Shown: positions 19,034 through 29,029 of the stretch, piece by piece
How the letters are laid out: each line of letters opens with the position of its first letter
Position numbering within the stretch: the first letter of the stretch is position 1
Origin: Marine Group II euryarchaeote MED-G34
Lineage (GTDB): Archaea > Thermoplasmatota > Poseidoniia > Poseidoniales > Thalassarchaeaceae
Reading direction: 5' to 3'
Assembly: GCA_002457605.1 (NCBI GenBank)
Contig: NTJT01000001.1
Location: 15,269-79,268 of the forward strand
DNA length: 64,000 bases
Program-made: the position numbers and the translations under genes
Notes under the pieces: generated by a model
Seen by the model: the letters and a program-made list of their open reading frames with translations, nothing else
The model's database searches: none
Told to the model about the DNA's origin: nothing

Positions 19034-19904
19034 AGCGACGCCTCCTGCTTTGGTAGGACTCGAGCGCCTCGTATAGATCGTTCTTGGAGAATGAGGGCCA
19101 GTGAACGTCAGTGAAGTGCAGTTCTGAGTAGGCTATTTGCCACAGTAGGAAATTCGAGATGCGCTCTTCACCACTAGTCCGGATGACGAGATCCGGATCA
19201 GGCAGATCAGCTGTGTACATCCTAGCTGAGATCTGGGCCGAGTCTATCGATTCCAGCGCGAGTTCGCCCTTGGCGTGGTCCGCTGCTACTTCACGCACCG
19301 CATCAACAATTTCCTCTCTCCCCCCGTAGGCTAGACATACTGTGAACAAGAAGTTGGAATGTTCTGCAGTCTTACTCTCGGCACGGTCTATCGCGTTGCG
19401 TACCCTCGAAGGCAAACTCTCCAAGCGACCCACAGCCTGCACCTTGACCCCGCGCGAGTGTATCCGTGGATCTGCTGCAATCTCGTCAAGACCGGCGACA
19501 TACAAGTCATACAGCGACTCAAGCTCATCCTCTGAGCGTTCGCGCATGTTCTCGGTTGAGAGTGCATACACAGTGAGGTATGAAATATCTAGATCGAGAA
19601 TCCAGTCCATCACATCCTTGAGCTTCTCCTTGCCGTGGTGATGGCCCACATCACGCCCGAGATTACTACTCCACGCGAATCTCCTATTTCCATCCATAAT
19701 GATGGAGACGTGCTCGGGTAATTCTCCCTGCTTCAGCCTGTCGCGCAGTCTGTTGGTTCGGATTCGATCAGTCCGAGAGATGAAACTCCATGCATAACTG
19801 GAGTTCGCGATTAATTGAGCAGGCACAGAAAACAGTCTGAACCTCAGGAACCACTTGGCCAGGCCGTCGACCCGACGCCCCAACGACTTGCGCATGCGTC
19901 CCAT
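19023..19904 (-). CDS. uppS: cis-polyprenyl diphosphate synthase (UppS family)
   Basis: HVSIIMDGNRR, YALSTEN, YGGREEI, DLVIRTSGEERISNFLLWQ, RRYG. Confidence 0.93.
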   Translation of the reverse strand: MGRMRKSLGRRVDGLAKWFLRFRLFSVPAQLIANSSYAWSFISRTDRIRTNRLRDRLKQGELPEHVSIIMDGNRRFAWSSNLGRDVGHHHGKEKLKDVMDWILDLDISYLTVYALSTENMRERSEDELESLYDLYVAGLDEIAADPRIHSRGVKVQAVGRLESLPSRVRNAIDRAESKTAEHSNFLFTVCLAYGGREEIVDAVREVAADHAKGELALESIDSAQISARMYTADLPDPDLVIRTSGEERISNFLLWQIAYSELHFTDVHWPSFSKNDLYEALESYQSRRRRYGE

Positions 19905-19953
19905 GCTATCACCAAATGATGACTGCGCTAAAGGGCGTCGCCTACTCAAGCAC

Positions 19954-20499
19954 CTACTCGAAGACGATATCCGCCCCATCTTCGAGCTTCTCCAGAAGGC
20001 CCTTTTCGGGATTGACGACAATAACCTGTCCAGCTCTCTCCCAAACGACAACGTCGTGATGACTGTTGCCTGCATATCCGAATCCATTCTCACCGTATTT
20101 GGAGACAAGAGCCTCGGCCTTGCGCTTGCCACGCAAGTTGTAGGTGGCGTCCGAAGCCATCACATCGGAGAACAAACCCACATGGGCGGCCACCCTCTCA
20201 GCCACGATTCGATCAGATGCCGTTGCCAACACCAATGTTCGCCCCCTCGCTCGCTCGCCTGTAATCCAATCGAGAAAGGCCTCGTGGTAGTCCAACTCTG
20301 CAGGATCGAAGATCAGTTTCTCAGCGAGATCTCGCTTCCACTGCGCCCTTCTTCCTGTGAACTCTTTGAGAATCATGCTCAGAAGCATCCACGGCCTCCT
20401 TGGAATGACTCTGGAAAAACAGATTCTACTCATATCCGAGAGAATCAGAGTACCGTCCATGTCAACGGCCAGTGGAATGTCAGACACAGCATCTCCCAT
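19954..20499 (-). CDS. HAD-superfamily hydrolase (stand-alone form of the HAD domain usually fused to UbiA-family prenyltransferases)
   Basis: PLAVDMDGTL, LATAS, NLRGKRKA, YAGNSHHD. Confidence 0.8.
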   Translation of the reverse strand: MGDAVSDIPLAVDMDGTLILSDMSRICFSRVIPRRPWMLLSMILKEFTGRRAQWKRDLAEKLIFDPAELDYHEAFLDWITGERARGRTLVLATASDRIVAERVAAHVGLFSDVMASDATYNLRGKRKAEALVSKYGENGFGYAGNSHHDVVVWERAGQVIVVNPEKGLLEKLEDGADIVFE

Positions 20500-20586
20500 G
20501 AGCCTCGCTGAGGGGGGTCGGATTCAAGGCTTCGCCGACCGATTCAATGAAACCGGCCACCACCTCGTGGTTCTGGGGGATGCGCC

Positions 20587-21837
20587 GTGGCAGAGCATGA
20601 GAGACCTTGGAGACCGGCCTCGATGGCTGAGATTGAACCCGATTCTGATGCTCCGCCGGGATTCAATGCAGTCGCCTTTGCGGGAATCGGCATGGTCGCT
20701 AGGATGTTGGAGCCACATGATTTGGCGAATACTGACGATTGGAAATCCCTTGTTGCTCGATTGGAGTCATGGGGGGAAGTCCCTGAACCCGATTCCATAG
20801 TTTCGATTTCAACTACTACTACTAACAGGGGATTGGTAGTCAAACTGTCCGCTGATTCTGATTGGATCGCTGAATTCCTTCCATGGGGTTCGGACGGTCG
20901 GCTAAGAGCACGGGCAAAAGCGGCCCCAACGGGCTCTCGCGTACCATCAGGAGGGTACTCATGGCAAGGCACCGACCTCATCATAATCAGATCCTCAGAC
21001 TCTACATCGCTTGACTCTGCGAACGAGGTCATAAAAGCCCTAGAGGCAGACGAAATGAGCGCAGCTCAAGAAAAACTGCGAAATGCCGGGGCAGTCTTGG
21101 GGCGCTATCACACAAAAGCCATGTCAGCAAGGACAACTCCTCCTGACGCATCCAGATGGAACGCTAGGAACCAGTGGCTCGAGGAGACTCTTCACGCGAC
21201 GTACATTTGGCGAGCCCCGTACTCGAAAAGCCAGCCATGCACCCTCACCCTCGGAGATGCCAGACTTTCGGACATTTCAGGCGACTCACTGAGGATAGGG
21301 AGGCCGAGGTTGGCCGATGCACTGCGTACACATACCTGCGAATTCCCGGCTATGCGCGACCTTGCATCTCTAGTCCATGACCTGTCAAGAATTCACTACA
21401 CAACGCCAACAAAACTCGAACTAATCCCTCTGCGTTCGGCACTAATTGATGGTTGGAAGTCCACAGCGCCGTCTGAATGGACCTCTGACGAAGCATTCTA
21501 CTCACATAGAGGTGGGATGGCAATATGGGAATACGAGCAATGCCTACTCGATGTACTCGAGGCCACATCTCACCAATCAGGTGCGCCAGAGCCGGCAGTG
21601 ACTACGCTGGCTTATGTCAAGGCTTACCAGAAGCGGATGTTCAGCAACCGCATGTTTTCGTCACTTTCGGTGATGACCGCGTTCTTCGGCATCGCCTCTT
21701 TGGTCAATACTTTCCCCCCTACGATGGATGAAGTTCCTATTCCGATAGCATGCATTGCCCTGAGTTTCTGGCTGTATAGAATGTACAAGCGCTTGTCACC
21801 GCCCCCTGAGAGGCCGTTCACCGATCTCGGGAAATGA
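20587..21837 (+). CDS. Maltokinase/APH-like kinase-fold protein with C-terminal TM helices, catalytic motifs degenerate
   Basis: GAVLGRYH, TLGDARL (for HGD), MRDLASLVHDL, WEYE motifs resemble maltokinase; two C-terminal hydrophobic helices. Confidence 0.6.
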   Translation: MAEHERPWRPASMAEIEPDSDAPPGFNAVAFAGIGMVARMLEPHDLANTDDWKSLVARLESWGEVPEPDSIVSISTTTTNRGLVVKLSADSDWIAEFLPWGSDGRLRARAKAAPTGSRVPSGGYSWQGTDLIIIRSSDSTSLDSANEVIKALEADEMSAAQEKLRNAGAVLGRYHTKAMSARTTPPDASRWNARNQWLEETLHATYIWRAPYSKSQPCTLTLGDARLSDISGDSLRIGRPRLADALRTHTCEFPAMRDLASLVHDLSRIHYTTPTKLELIPLRSALIDGWKSTAPSEWTSDEAFYSHRGGMAIWEYEQCLLDVLEATSHQSGAPEPAVTTLAYVKAYQKRMFSNRMFSSLSVMTAFFGIASLVNTFPPTMDEVPIPIACIALSFWLYRMYKRLSPPPERPFTDLGK

Positions 21838-22417
21838 CACCTTCTTCGTAGCTGTAGTGTATCGGCTCTCCTGTGGGTATCTCAAGAGAGACGATGTCCT
21901 CGGGACTTATTCCATCAATGTGCATCACAATAGAGCGAAGCGAGTTGCCATGAGCCGAGACTAGGACATTCTTACCATCGACTAGATCTGGTAATATCTC
22001 TTCGGCAAAGTAGGGAATGGTCCTCTCGGCTGTCATCTCTAGACTCTCGCCCTCCGGAGGGGCAACATCGAACGAACGGCGCCAGATGTGAACCTGCTCC
22101 GCACCGTGCTTCTCCGCCGTCTCAGCCTTGTTCAGGCCCTGTAGCGCACCATAGTGGCGTTCATTGAGTCTCCAGTCGTAATTCGTTGGCACATCCTCAG
22201 AGGAATCGTTGTATCGCATGATGATTTCAGCTGTCCTCTGGGCCCGCACGAGGTCACTCGTGTGGACAACATCAATTCGAATATCTGCCAATTGTCGCCC
22301 CGCATCCTCAGCTTCCTCTACGCCTTGCTCGGAGAGCCCGACGTCAGTCCAACCGGTGAATCGGTTGGTTGCATTCCATACAGATTGGCCGTGACGGACC
22401 AGAATGAGTCTGGCCAT
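21818..22417 (-). CDS. gpmA: 2,3-bisphosphoglycerate-dependent phosphoglycerate mutase
   Basis: LVRHGQS.WN..NRFTGW.DV, LNERHYGALQG, WRRS, AHGNSLR. Confidence 0.93.
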   Translation of the reverse strand: MARLILVRHGQSVWNATNRFTGWTDVGLSEQGVEEAEDAGRQLADIRIDVVHTSDLVRAQRTAEIIMRYNDSSEDVPTNYDWRLNERHYGALQGLNKAETAEKHGAEQVHIWRRSFDVAPPEGESLEMTAERTIPYFAEEILPDLVDGKNVLVSAHGNSLRSIVMHIDGISPEDIVSLEIPTGEPIHYSYEEGVISRDR

Positions 22418-22426
22418 CTCCGCACC

Positions 22427-23524
22427 CTACTTCTGGCCTCTGAGTCGCGGCTCGTGTAAAACCAAACCGCTTTCGTTGCCCCTAGCCCGAGCCATTAGCA
22501 AAATGTCCTCGGTAAACTCCCTCTGGGTCTTTCCAGAGGAAGCACAGTAAAAGTTAGTTGAAACCGTTATCTTCGATGGAAGAGTCTCAGTGACACGAAC
22601 CCACGAGTCCTCGCGCTTGGTAGATCTCGGATCTGCCAGCACCTGCTCGCAGAGGGACTCACAGAATTGACGTAGCTGGGCGGCATCACTATCCTCCTCG
22701 AACTCGAAACGCGGGCGAATTCTGCGGAACCTTCGGTGACTGAAGTTCTCAACAGGGGAATTGGTGATGTTGGAGTTGGGGATTGTGACCATCGTGTCCG
22801 CTCCCGTCCTCAACGTAGTGGTGCGCAGACCGATGGTGACGACCTCACCCTCGACATCTTCGACGATAATCCAGTCACCGACATTGAACGGCTGATCGAC
22901 GATTATCGAGATAGCCCCAAAGACGTTCGCCACAGAGTCCCGCGCTGCAAGTGCCAGAGCTAGACCTGTGATTCCCAGGCCTGCTATCAGACCGTTGAGG
23001 TTGACTCCAAACAGTCCTGCTATCACGAAGAATCCGACCACCACTACAGCTAGTCGACCTATTGATTCGGCAACGCTAGCCAACGATCGGCGGGCCGCCA
23101 TATCATCTCCCTCGACCACAATGAAAGCATCGAGGTAGTCGACCAATCGGTAGGCTGTCAGAAGCACGAGTAGGATGAATCCAGCCCATGCGATTTGCTC
23201 TACAGTTTCTATCAGATTGGCGTCCCAAACGGGGGCTGCGTTAACGTACGCTCCCATTTCGTCTGTAGCGGAGAGCCAATCCAGTGAGAACCACATCGCT
23301 AAGAAGACAATCATCCATCTAAGTGACTTGGGAGCAAACGCATTCTCGCTGTTTATCCTTTCAATCTTGGAGAATACGTCCATCAGGCGCGGGAAAATCA
23401 TTCGTCTAGAGAGTATTCCAGCCCCCATACTGAGTGCAGCACAAGTGAGTACAACAACCAGAGTTCCGGTGGAGAAGTCACCAATTGTGGGTTCGCCAGC
23501 CATGAATTTATCGAGTTCGTTCAT
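22427..23524 (-). CDS. MscS family mechanosensitive channel
   Basis: GLGITGLALALAARD..ANVFG, PFNVGDWI, GEVVTIGLRTT, IPNS..VENFS. Confidence 0.9.
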   Translation of the reverse strand: MNELDKFMAGEPTIGDFSTGTLVVVLTCAALSMGAGILSRRMIFPRLMDVFSKIERINSENAFAPKSLRWMIVFLAMWFSLDWLSATDEMGAYVNAAPVWDANLIETVEQIAWAGFILLVLLTAYRLVDYLDAFIVVEGDDMAARRSLASVAESIGRLAVVVVGFFVIAGLFGVNLNGLIAGLGITGLALALAARDSVANVFGAISIIVDQPFNVGDWIIVEDVEGEVVTIGLRTTTLRTGADTMVTIPNSNITNSPVENFSHRRFRRIRPRFEFEEDSDAAQLRQFCESLCEQVLADPRSTKREDSWVRVTETLPSKITVSTNFYCASSGKTQREFTEDILLMARARGNESGLVLHEPRLRGQK

Positions 23525-23624
23525 GGTGCGGCCGAGGGCGCCTCCCTCAAAAAGGCACCCCCGGTCCTATGGACCGCTTCTCCGAGGGATTGAATACCGC
23601 CCCTATGGTCGCAGAGGCGTTCAG

Positions 23625-25793
23625 ATGTCATCAAGAGACGCCACACGTGCCGAGCAAGCAGAAGCGCGCTCCCGCCGAATTCCCGTGACAGCAATGCTCC
23701 TACCGTTCCTGCTGTCCATGCTCTCTCCAGTTGCAATAGCCCCAATCTCTACAGCCCAAGAAACTGGTCCAGGAGCTTCTCCAGAAGATATCTGGTCAGT
23801 TGAGTATGCAAACCAGATATTCCCTTGGGGGCCGCATGGAGATTTCGACCAACTCCAATTTCGATCTTACCACGATTACTTCTCTATGAAGGAGAGAATG
23901 CAGACTTTGGCTGCCTACTATCCTGATTTTCTGCAATTCCATGAGGGACTATTGGGTGGAGTGAACGCACGCGGCGACGAGATGACCTCCGACGAATACA
24001 AGGGTTGGTTCTACAATCATCCAAGCCCATGGATGAAAATTACCGGCAATGTACAGGGAGGGGAATTCAATGATTTCAATGGCGACGACGGAAACTACGC
24101 AGACCGACCAGACGTGATGTTGGTGGGAAACCATCATGCTAGAGAGTGGATGTCTTACGAAGTCCCGATGTTCTTTCTAGAGACAATCGCCTTCTATTAC
24201 GGCAAGGCAGGCATCGACAATGATGGAGACGGAAAAATCGATGAGGACGGCTGGGACGGCATCGACAATGACGGCGATTGCTTGCTGTTGAACGCAACCA
24301 ACCAAGATAGCAATGGCGACGGCACCCCCTGTGGGCCCGGCGACTTAGGGGTCGACGAGGATTTCAGCGAGCAATTCATCACTGACCTAGTCAACACCCG
24401 CGAGATATACCTCATTCCCATGCTAAATGTAGATGGGAACAGGTACGACCGAGAGGAGTATTGCGGCGAGACCGCATGGGAGAACTGCAGGACTTCGGGT
24501 TGGAGGAAAAACCTACGTGACAACACCCATACAGGAACCACGCCTATCCCAGACGTCGATGAAGAGGTTGACGAGGGTTGTGACGGTGTAGATCTGAATC
24601 GAAACTATCAGTTCGAGTGGGGAGCTCCACTTGGCGCCACTGGACCCCTTTTCCCCGGTTTCTGCTATGCTAGTGGTCCTAACAATGACGTCTACAACGG
24701 ACCTGTGAACTATGAAGACAACGATGGCGACGGTCTAGTCAACGAGGACCACGTAGATGGGAAGGACGACGATGGAGATGGCCAGACCGATGAGGATTGG
24801 ATGGGAGGTAACTCTGAGCCAGAGACGAAGTTCATCCAGGACATGACGGAGATGAACGACGACGACCTAGATGGCGCCTCTGACTTCAAGGCAACACTGA
24901 CATGGCATTCATTTTCGGAGTTGGTGCTGTGGCCATGGGGACACTGCACTAATTGTTACACTACGGATGATGAGTATCTCGTATACCATGGCAACATGAT
25001 GGGACAGATGACAGACTATGCTCCTATGCAGTCATCCGAACTTTACCCCACTACTGGCGATTTCTGCGACTGGCATTACGGAGTCCACAATTCATACTGC
25101 TACACCATCGAAATCGGGAACGCCTTCCACGAACTTCCCGAAGACATCGCGCATATCGCGGTGCGAAACATCGGAGTCGCATTTTACATGACTGAGATTG
25201 CCGATGACCCCAGATACCGTGCCATCGTAGGAATAGAGAACACTACTGCTCGACAATGGCTTGCTGACCCTGCTAATGTAACGGTCCCGGACAAGGGAGA
25301 CATCCCAATCGGGCTTTGCCTCGATCCCGCATTCCCATTCACTCCTGACATAAACAGAACCCACTTGATGTGGCGATTCGTAGAACCGACTAGGCAGCAG
25401 AATGAGTTTGGTCCAACCGAGTGGGTGGACGTGCCTTGGGAGATGTCAGGGTTCTCTGAGTCGGAGGATGTATGCAGTTTGCTGGATGGCTCGAACGGAA
25501 CCCTGCTCCACAGTCACATTCCACACCCTGATACCTTGGCTGGTAAGATTCAGTACAAGGCGATGTTAGGGACCATAAACGGCGCCTTCCCGTTCTCATA
25601 CCCCTCCGTAAATGAAGGAGGGAACTACTACGAGTTAGGAATACCCTACAGAGCTTCATTCGGTTCATCCATTCTGGCAGTGATGATGTTCCTAGTGATA
25701 GCGAGCTTCGTCTGGGGTGGACTCGGCTATACCCTGCGCGCTATGTTCGATGACGAACGTGGCGTAATCGGTTTGCCGGAGGATGGCGGATGA
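23625..25793 (+). CDS. Surface-anchored M14 zinc carboxypeptidase with Asp-rich inserts
   Basis: HHARE (Zn), WRKN, DLNRNY, SEPET, WHSF (Zn), YTIEIG (catalytic Glu); N-terminal signal and C-terminal TM. Confidence 0.88.
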   Translation: MSSRDATRAEQAEARSRRIPVTAMLLPFLLSMLSPVAIAPISTAQETGPGASPEDIWSVEYANQIFPWGPHGDFDQLQFRSYHDYFSMKERMQTLAAYYPDFLQFHEGLLGGVNARGDEMTSDEYKGWFYNHPSPWMKITGNVQGGEFNDFNGDDGNYADRPDVMLVGNHHAREWMSYEVPMFFLETIAFYYGKAGIDNDGDGKIDEDGWDGIDNDGDCLLLNATNQDSNGDGTPCGPGDLGVDEDFSEQFITDLVNTREIYLIPMLNVDGNRYDREEYCGETAWENCRTSGWRKNLRDNTHTGTTPIPDVDEEVDEGCDGVDLNRNYQFEWGAPLGATGPLFPGFCYASGPNNDVYNGPVNYEDNDGDGLVNEDHVDGKDDDGDGQTDEDWMGGNSEPETKFIQDMTEMNDDDLDGASDFKATLTWHSFSELVLWPWGHCTNCYTTDDEYLVYHGNMMGQMTDYAPMQSSELYPTTGDFCDWHYGVHNSYCYTIEIGNAFHELPEDIAHIAVRNIGVAFYMTEIADDPRYRAIVGIENTTARQWLADPANVTVPDKGDIPIGLCLDPAFPFTPDINRTHLMWRFVEPTRQQNEFGPTEWVDVPWEMSGFSESEDVCSLLDGSNGTLLHSHIPHPDTLAGKIQYKAMLGTINGAFPFSYPSVNEGGNYYELGIPYRASFGSSILAVMMFLVIASFVWGGLGYTLRAMFDDERGVIGLPEDGG

Positions 25794-27586
25794 AACCGCA
25801 GGAGTCCTCATCGGACCAGTTCAGCGGCCGAATGGGACTGATATTCGCCACCATAGGTGCCGCCATAGGAACCGGTAACATCTGGCGCTTCCCTAGGATG
25901 GTAGGTGCCAACGGAGGCGGCTCGTTCCTAGTCCCCTGGCTGATTTTCCTATTCCTCTGGTCCATTCCACTAATCATAGCCGAGTTCGCCCTTGGGAAGA
26001 GGAGCAGGACTGGCACAGTGGGAACCTTCAGGTTATTCGCCGGTAACAACTTCGCTTGGATGGGGCTCTGGACAGCATGGATCTCCACTGCCATCGGGTT
26101 CTACTACGCCGTCGTAACAGGATGGTGCCTGAACTACTTCCAGTCTGCCATCAGGGGTGGTCTGGGAAGCGAGGTAGACACAGTAGAGGTCTGGAACTCC
26201 TTCCTGCAATCATGGGAGCAGGTGGTATTCTTCCAACTCATAGCGGTATTAATCACCATGGCTGCAATTTGGAGGGGAGCCAAGGCGATTGAAAAGGTCA
26301 ATGTAATTCTGATGGTATCGCTATTCGTACTACTCTTCTCCGCATTGTTCCTCGCCTTCGTGATGGACTTCGAAGACGGAACCCTCGATGGCTTCGTCTA
26401 CATGTTCAGTATCCAGCCTGAGTACCTCATGCAGCCAGAAACCTGGATCAATGGACTCTCGCAGTCAGCATGGTCCTGTTCAGCTGGAATGGGCATGGCA
26501 ATCACTTACTCAGTATACATGAGGAAGGATGAGGACACGACCCTCAATGCTGCCACCATGTGCCTCGCTAACAACAGCATAAGCATCATCGCGGGACTGA
26601 CTGTCATGATGGCGGTATTTGCGGTAGTGGACGACCCCCTGAGCGCTGTGGGGGCGGGTAGCTCTGCAATCACATTCCTAGTTCTGCCCGAGGTCTTCGC
26701 GCAGGCACCCGGAGGCAGCGTGGTACAACTCATCATGGTCACCGTATTCTTCCTCGCACTTTCATTCGCCGCCCTCACCTCGATGATATCTACAGTGGAA
26801 CTCTGCGTCAGGAACTTCGTCGACCACGGAGTGGACAGATCAAAGGCAGTGGGATTCACGACTGTCTCGATATTCCTCTTCGGTCTGCCCAGCGCTGCAT
26901 TGTGGATTCGCATGGACTCGGCAACTGGAGTAGCATTCCCGCAGTTTCTCGAAGTCCAGGATCACATCTGGGGCTACGGCCTGATGTTCAGCGGGCTATT
27001 CATCGCCTACAGCATCTGGAAGTACGGATGGAGCAGGTACAAGATGTGGCAGGCCGAGAACGACATCAGTGACTTCAGCATCCGTGACTATCTGGACAAC
27101 GGAGTCTCCTCGTTCCGTGAAGATTTCATCAACACGGGTGACAACGACTGGTGGATAGGCCGCTGGTGGGACTACATCATGTACCTAGGCTTCCCACTGA
27201 TGTTCGCAGTACTGATGATATCCTATTTCGTCGACCTGCTAGTCAATGTCCACGACCCGTGGAACCCATCGAACCCTCATGGGATCTCGATTATCCTCCT
27301 CTTCTGGGGAATAACCGCATCCCTCTTCATCGGACTCAACAGGTACGTCTTGGTTAATCGTGTAACCTCCATGAATGGATCTTTATGGCCACGGAATTGG
27401 GACTTAGAACCACGTCCACTTTACAGGAACGTGCCCGAGGGGGCGGATGCACCAATCGACATGCTGCCAGGGGGCGACGATCCGTTTGTCGTGCAGGCTG
27501 GCGAAGCACTTCCTGACACGTTTGTCGACGAGTATGGCGAGACCCAAAGCCATTCGATGGCAACTGTTGAAGCAGAACTCGTATGA
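25790..27586 (+). CDS. Sodium-dependent transporter (NSS/SNF family)
   Basis: GAAIGTGNIWRFP, NGGGSFL.PW, EFALG, FYYAVVTGW; ATGA overlap with the M14 gene. Confidence 0.93.
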   Translation: MKPQESSSDQFSGRMGLIFATIGAAIGTGNIWRFPRMVGANGGGSFLVPWLIFLFLWSIPLIIAEFALGKRSRTGTVGTFRLFAGNNFAWMGLWTAWISTAIGFYYAVVTGWCLNYFQSAIRGGLGSEVDTVEVWNSFLQSWEQVVFFQLIAVLITMAAIWRGAKAIEKVNVILMVSLFVLLFSALFLAFVMDFEDGTLDGFVYMFSIQPEYLMQPETWINGLSQSAWSCSAGMGMAITYSVYMRKDEDTTLNAATMCLANNSISIIAGLTVMMAVFAVVDDPLSAVGAGSSAITFLVLPEVFAQAPGGSVVQLIMVTVFFLALSFAALTSMISTVELCVRNFVDHGVDRSKAVGFTTVSIFLFGLPSAALWIRMDSATGVAFPQFLEVQDHIWGYGLMFSGLFIAYSIWKYGWSRYKMWQAENDISDFSIRDYLDNGVSSFREDFINTGDNDWWIGRWWDYIMYLGFPLMFAVLMISYFVDLLVNVHDPWNPSNPHGISIILLFWGITASLFIGLNRYVLVNRVTSMNGSLWPRNWDLEPRPLYRNVPEGADAPIDMLPGGDDPFVVQAGEALPDTFVDEYGETQSHSMATVEAELV

Positions 27587-29022
27587 GTCGGGCCATGCGC
27601 GAGCCGGCATGCTGGGAGATGTTCTGGCCCGAGGTCGCAGTATTCGACGGCAATGCGAACGCACTTGGCATCGAAGAGGCATCGCTGATGGATGCGGCTG
27701 GGAAGAGACTCGCTACTGCTGCACGCGAAATGGCAGAAGGAGCAATTCTAATCTTATGTGGGCCAGGCAACAACGGTGGAGATGGCTTTGTCGCCGCCCG
27801 CTACCTACGTGAATGGGGCATCGATACCTCGGTCATAGCCAGTCACCCTGAATCGCGCGGCACCAGCGCGCGCGCTGCGCGCGAGGCTGCTGGCGGGGTA
27901 CTAATCTGGCCCAATACACCTCTCAAACCTCACACTCTCGTCGTGGACTGTCTGTTGGGAGCCGGAGCCTCCCCTGGGCAGAGCCTCAGGGCCCCTATTG
28001 GAGAAATCGTAGCTTGGGCAGTCGAACTTGAGACTCCCGTGCTTGCCTGTGATATCCCAACGGGAATGGGAGGGTTGGATGCTCTACCAGCTATCGCCAC
28101 CCTCACCTTCCATAGTATCAAGCAGGGGCTGGCCTCACCCGAGGCCGGGGAAGTCACAGTGGCTCCATTACCATGGCCGGCTGAGGTCGAGGACTGCGGA
28201 CCCGGTGATGCGAGCCGATATCCTCCTCTGACTGCAAACGCTCGCAAGGGAGACCGTGGCCGGTTATGGGTAATCGGAGGAGGTCCATACCACGGTGCCC
28301 CAATACTCGCTGGTATGGCAGCCGCTCGCACCGGTTGCGATCTCGTACACATCGCGATGCCTAGTGCAGCCGCAGCTAGAGTAGAATGGCCTGCCACACT
28401 GATTCCTGAGATCTTACCAGACGAGGACATTCTAACCGACGCTTCTCTTACACACATCTCCGAAGCCTTCGGATCCCGCGAAACCCAGGCGCTAATCATA
28501 GGCCCTGGATTGGGTCGTGACGATGCTACATTGAGCGCTGTTTCGGAAATACTCAGGATGTCTTCGGACAACGGTGTCCCTGTAGTGATTGATGCTGATG
28601 CCATCGGTGCCCTGCCCAATGAGTCATGGCCTAATGGGCTAAGCGGCGTTGCCACTCCCCATGTCAAGGAGGCCGAGCGTTGGCTTGGAACAACATCTCC
28701 TTCAGATGCTCTCAATGACTGTTCAGGAGAGGCCGTTACCATCGTAATCACAGGCCCGGAGGATGAACTGACGGGTCCTGAGGGCCGCTCCTGTCGTGCC
28801 TCAGGAGGTCACTCTCGCATGGCGGTGGGAGGCACTGGCGATCTGTTGGCAGGCACGATAGGAGGGTTGCTGGCTCAGGGTATGGAGGCTTGGCCTGCAG
28901 CTAGGCTCGGCTGCGCACTGCTGCGTGAATCAGGTGCCAGAGCAGCCGAGAGCACCGGTCCAGGACTGCTTGCAGAAGATGTTCCTGTTGAGATAGCCAG
29001 AGTACTGGCGGAGTGGACGTAG
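27583..29022 (+). CDS. nnr: Bifunctional NAD(P)H-hydrate epimerase/dehydratase (NnrE-NnrD)
   Basis: CGPGNNGGDG, DIPTG, KGDRG, GPGLG, VIDADA, TPH..E, GGTGDLLAG. Confidence 0.92.
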   Translation: MSRAMREPACWEMFWPEVAVFDGNANALGIEEASLMDAAGKRLATAAREMAEGAILILCGPGNNGGDGFVAARYLREWGIDTSVIASHPESRGTSARAAREAAGGVLIWPNTPLKPHTLVVDCLLGAGASPGQSLRAPIGEIVAWAVELETPVLACDIPTGMGGLDALPAIATLTFHSIKQGLASPEAGEVTVAPLPWPAEVEDCGPGDASRYPPLTANARKGDRGRLWVIGGGPYHGAPILAGMAAARTGCDLVHIAMPSAAAARVEWPATLIPEILPDEDILTDASLTHISEAFGSRETQALIIGPGLGRDDATLSAVSEILRMSSDNGVPVVIDADAIGALPNESWPNGLSGVATPHVKEAERWLGTTSPSDALNDCSGEAVTIVITGPEDELTGPEGRSCRASGGHSRMAVGGTGDLLAGTIGGLLAQGMEAWPAARLGCALLRESGARAAESTGPGLLAEDVPVEIARVLAEWT

Positions 29023-29029
29023 GGATAGC

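Noticed and set aside
23175-23624. Long N-terminal extension of the M14 ORF (also extensions of the M24, pgk, uppS and AIM24 ORFs)
   Set aside because: They overlap neighbouring real genes; downstream ATGs give family-typical starts
27864-27877. Palindrome CAGCGCGCGCGCTG
   Set aside because: Lies within nnr coding sequence (SARA codons); explained by amino acid content
27930-28751. 273-aa antisense ORF and many similar Ser/Pro/Arg-rich shadow ORFs
   Set aside because: Antisense shadows of well-supported genes with no motifs of their own
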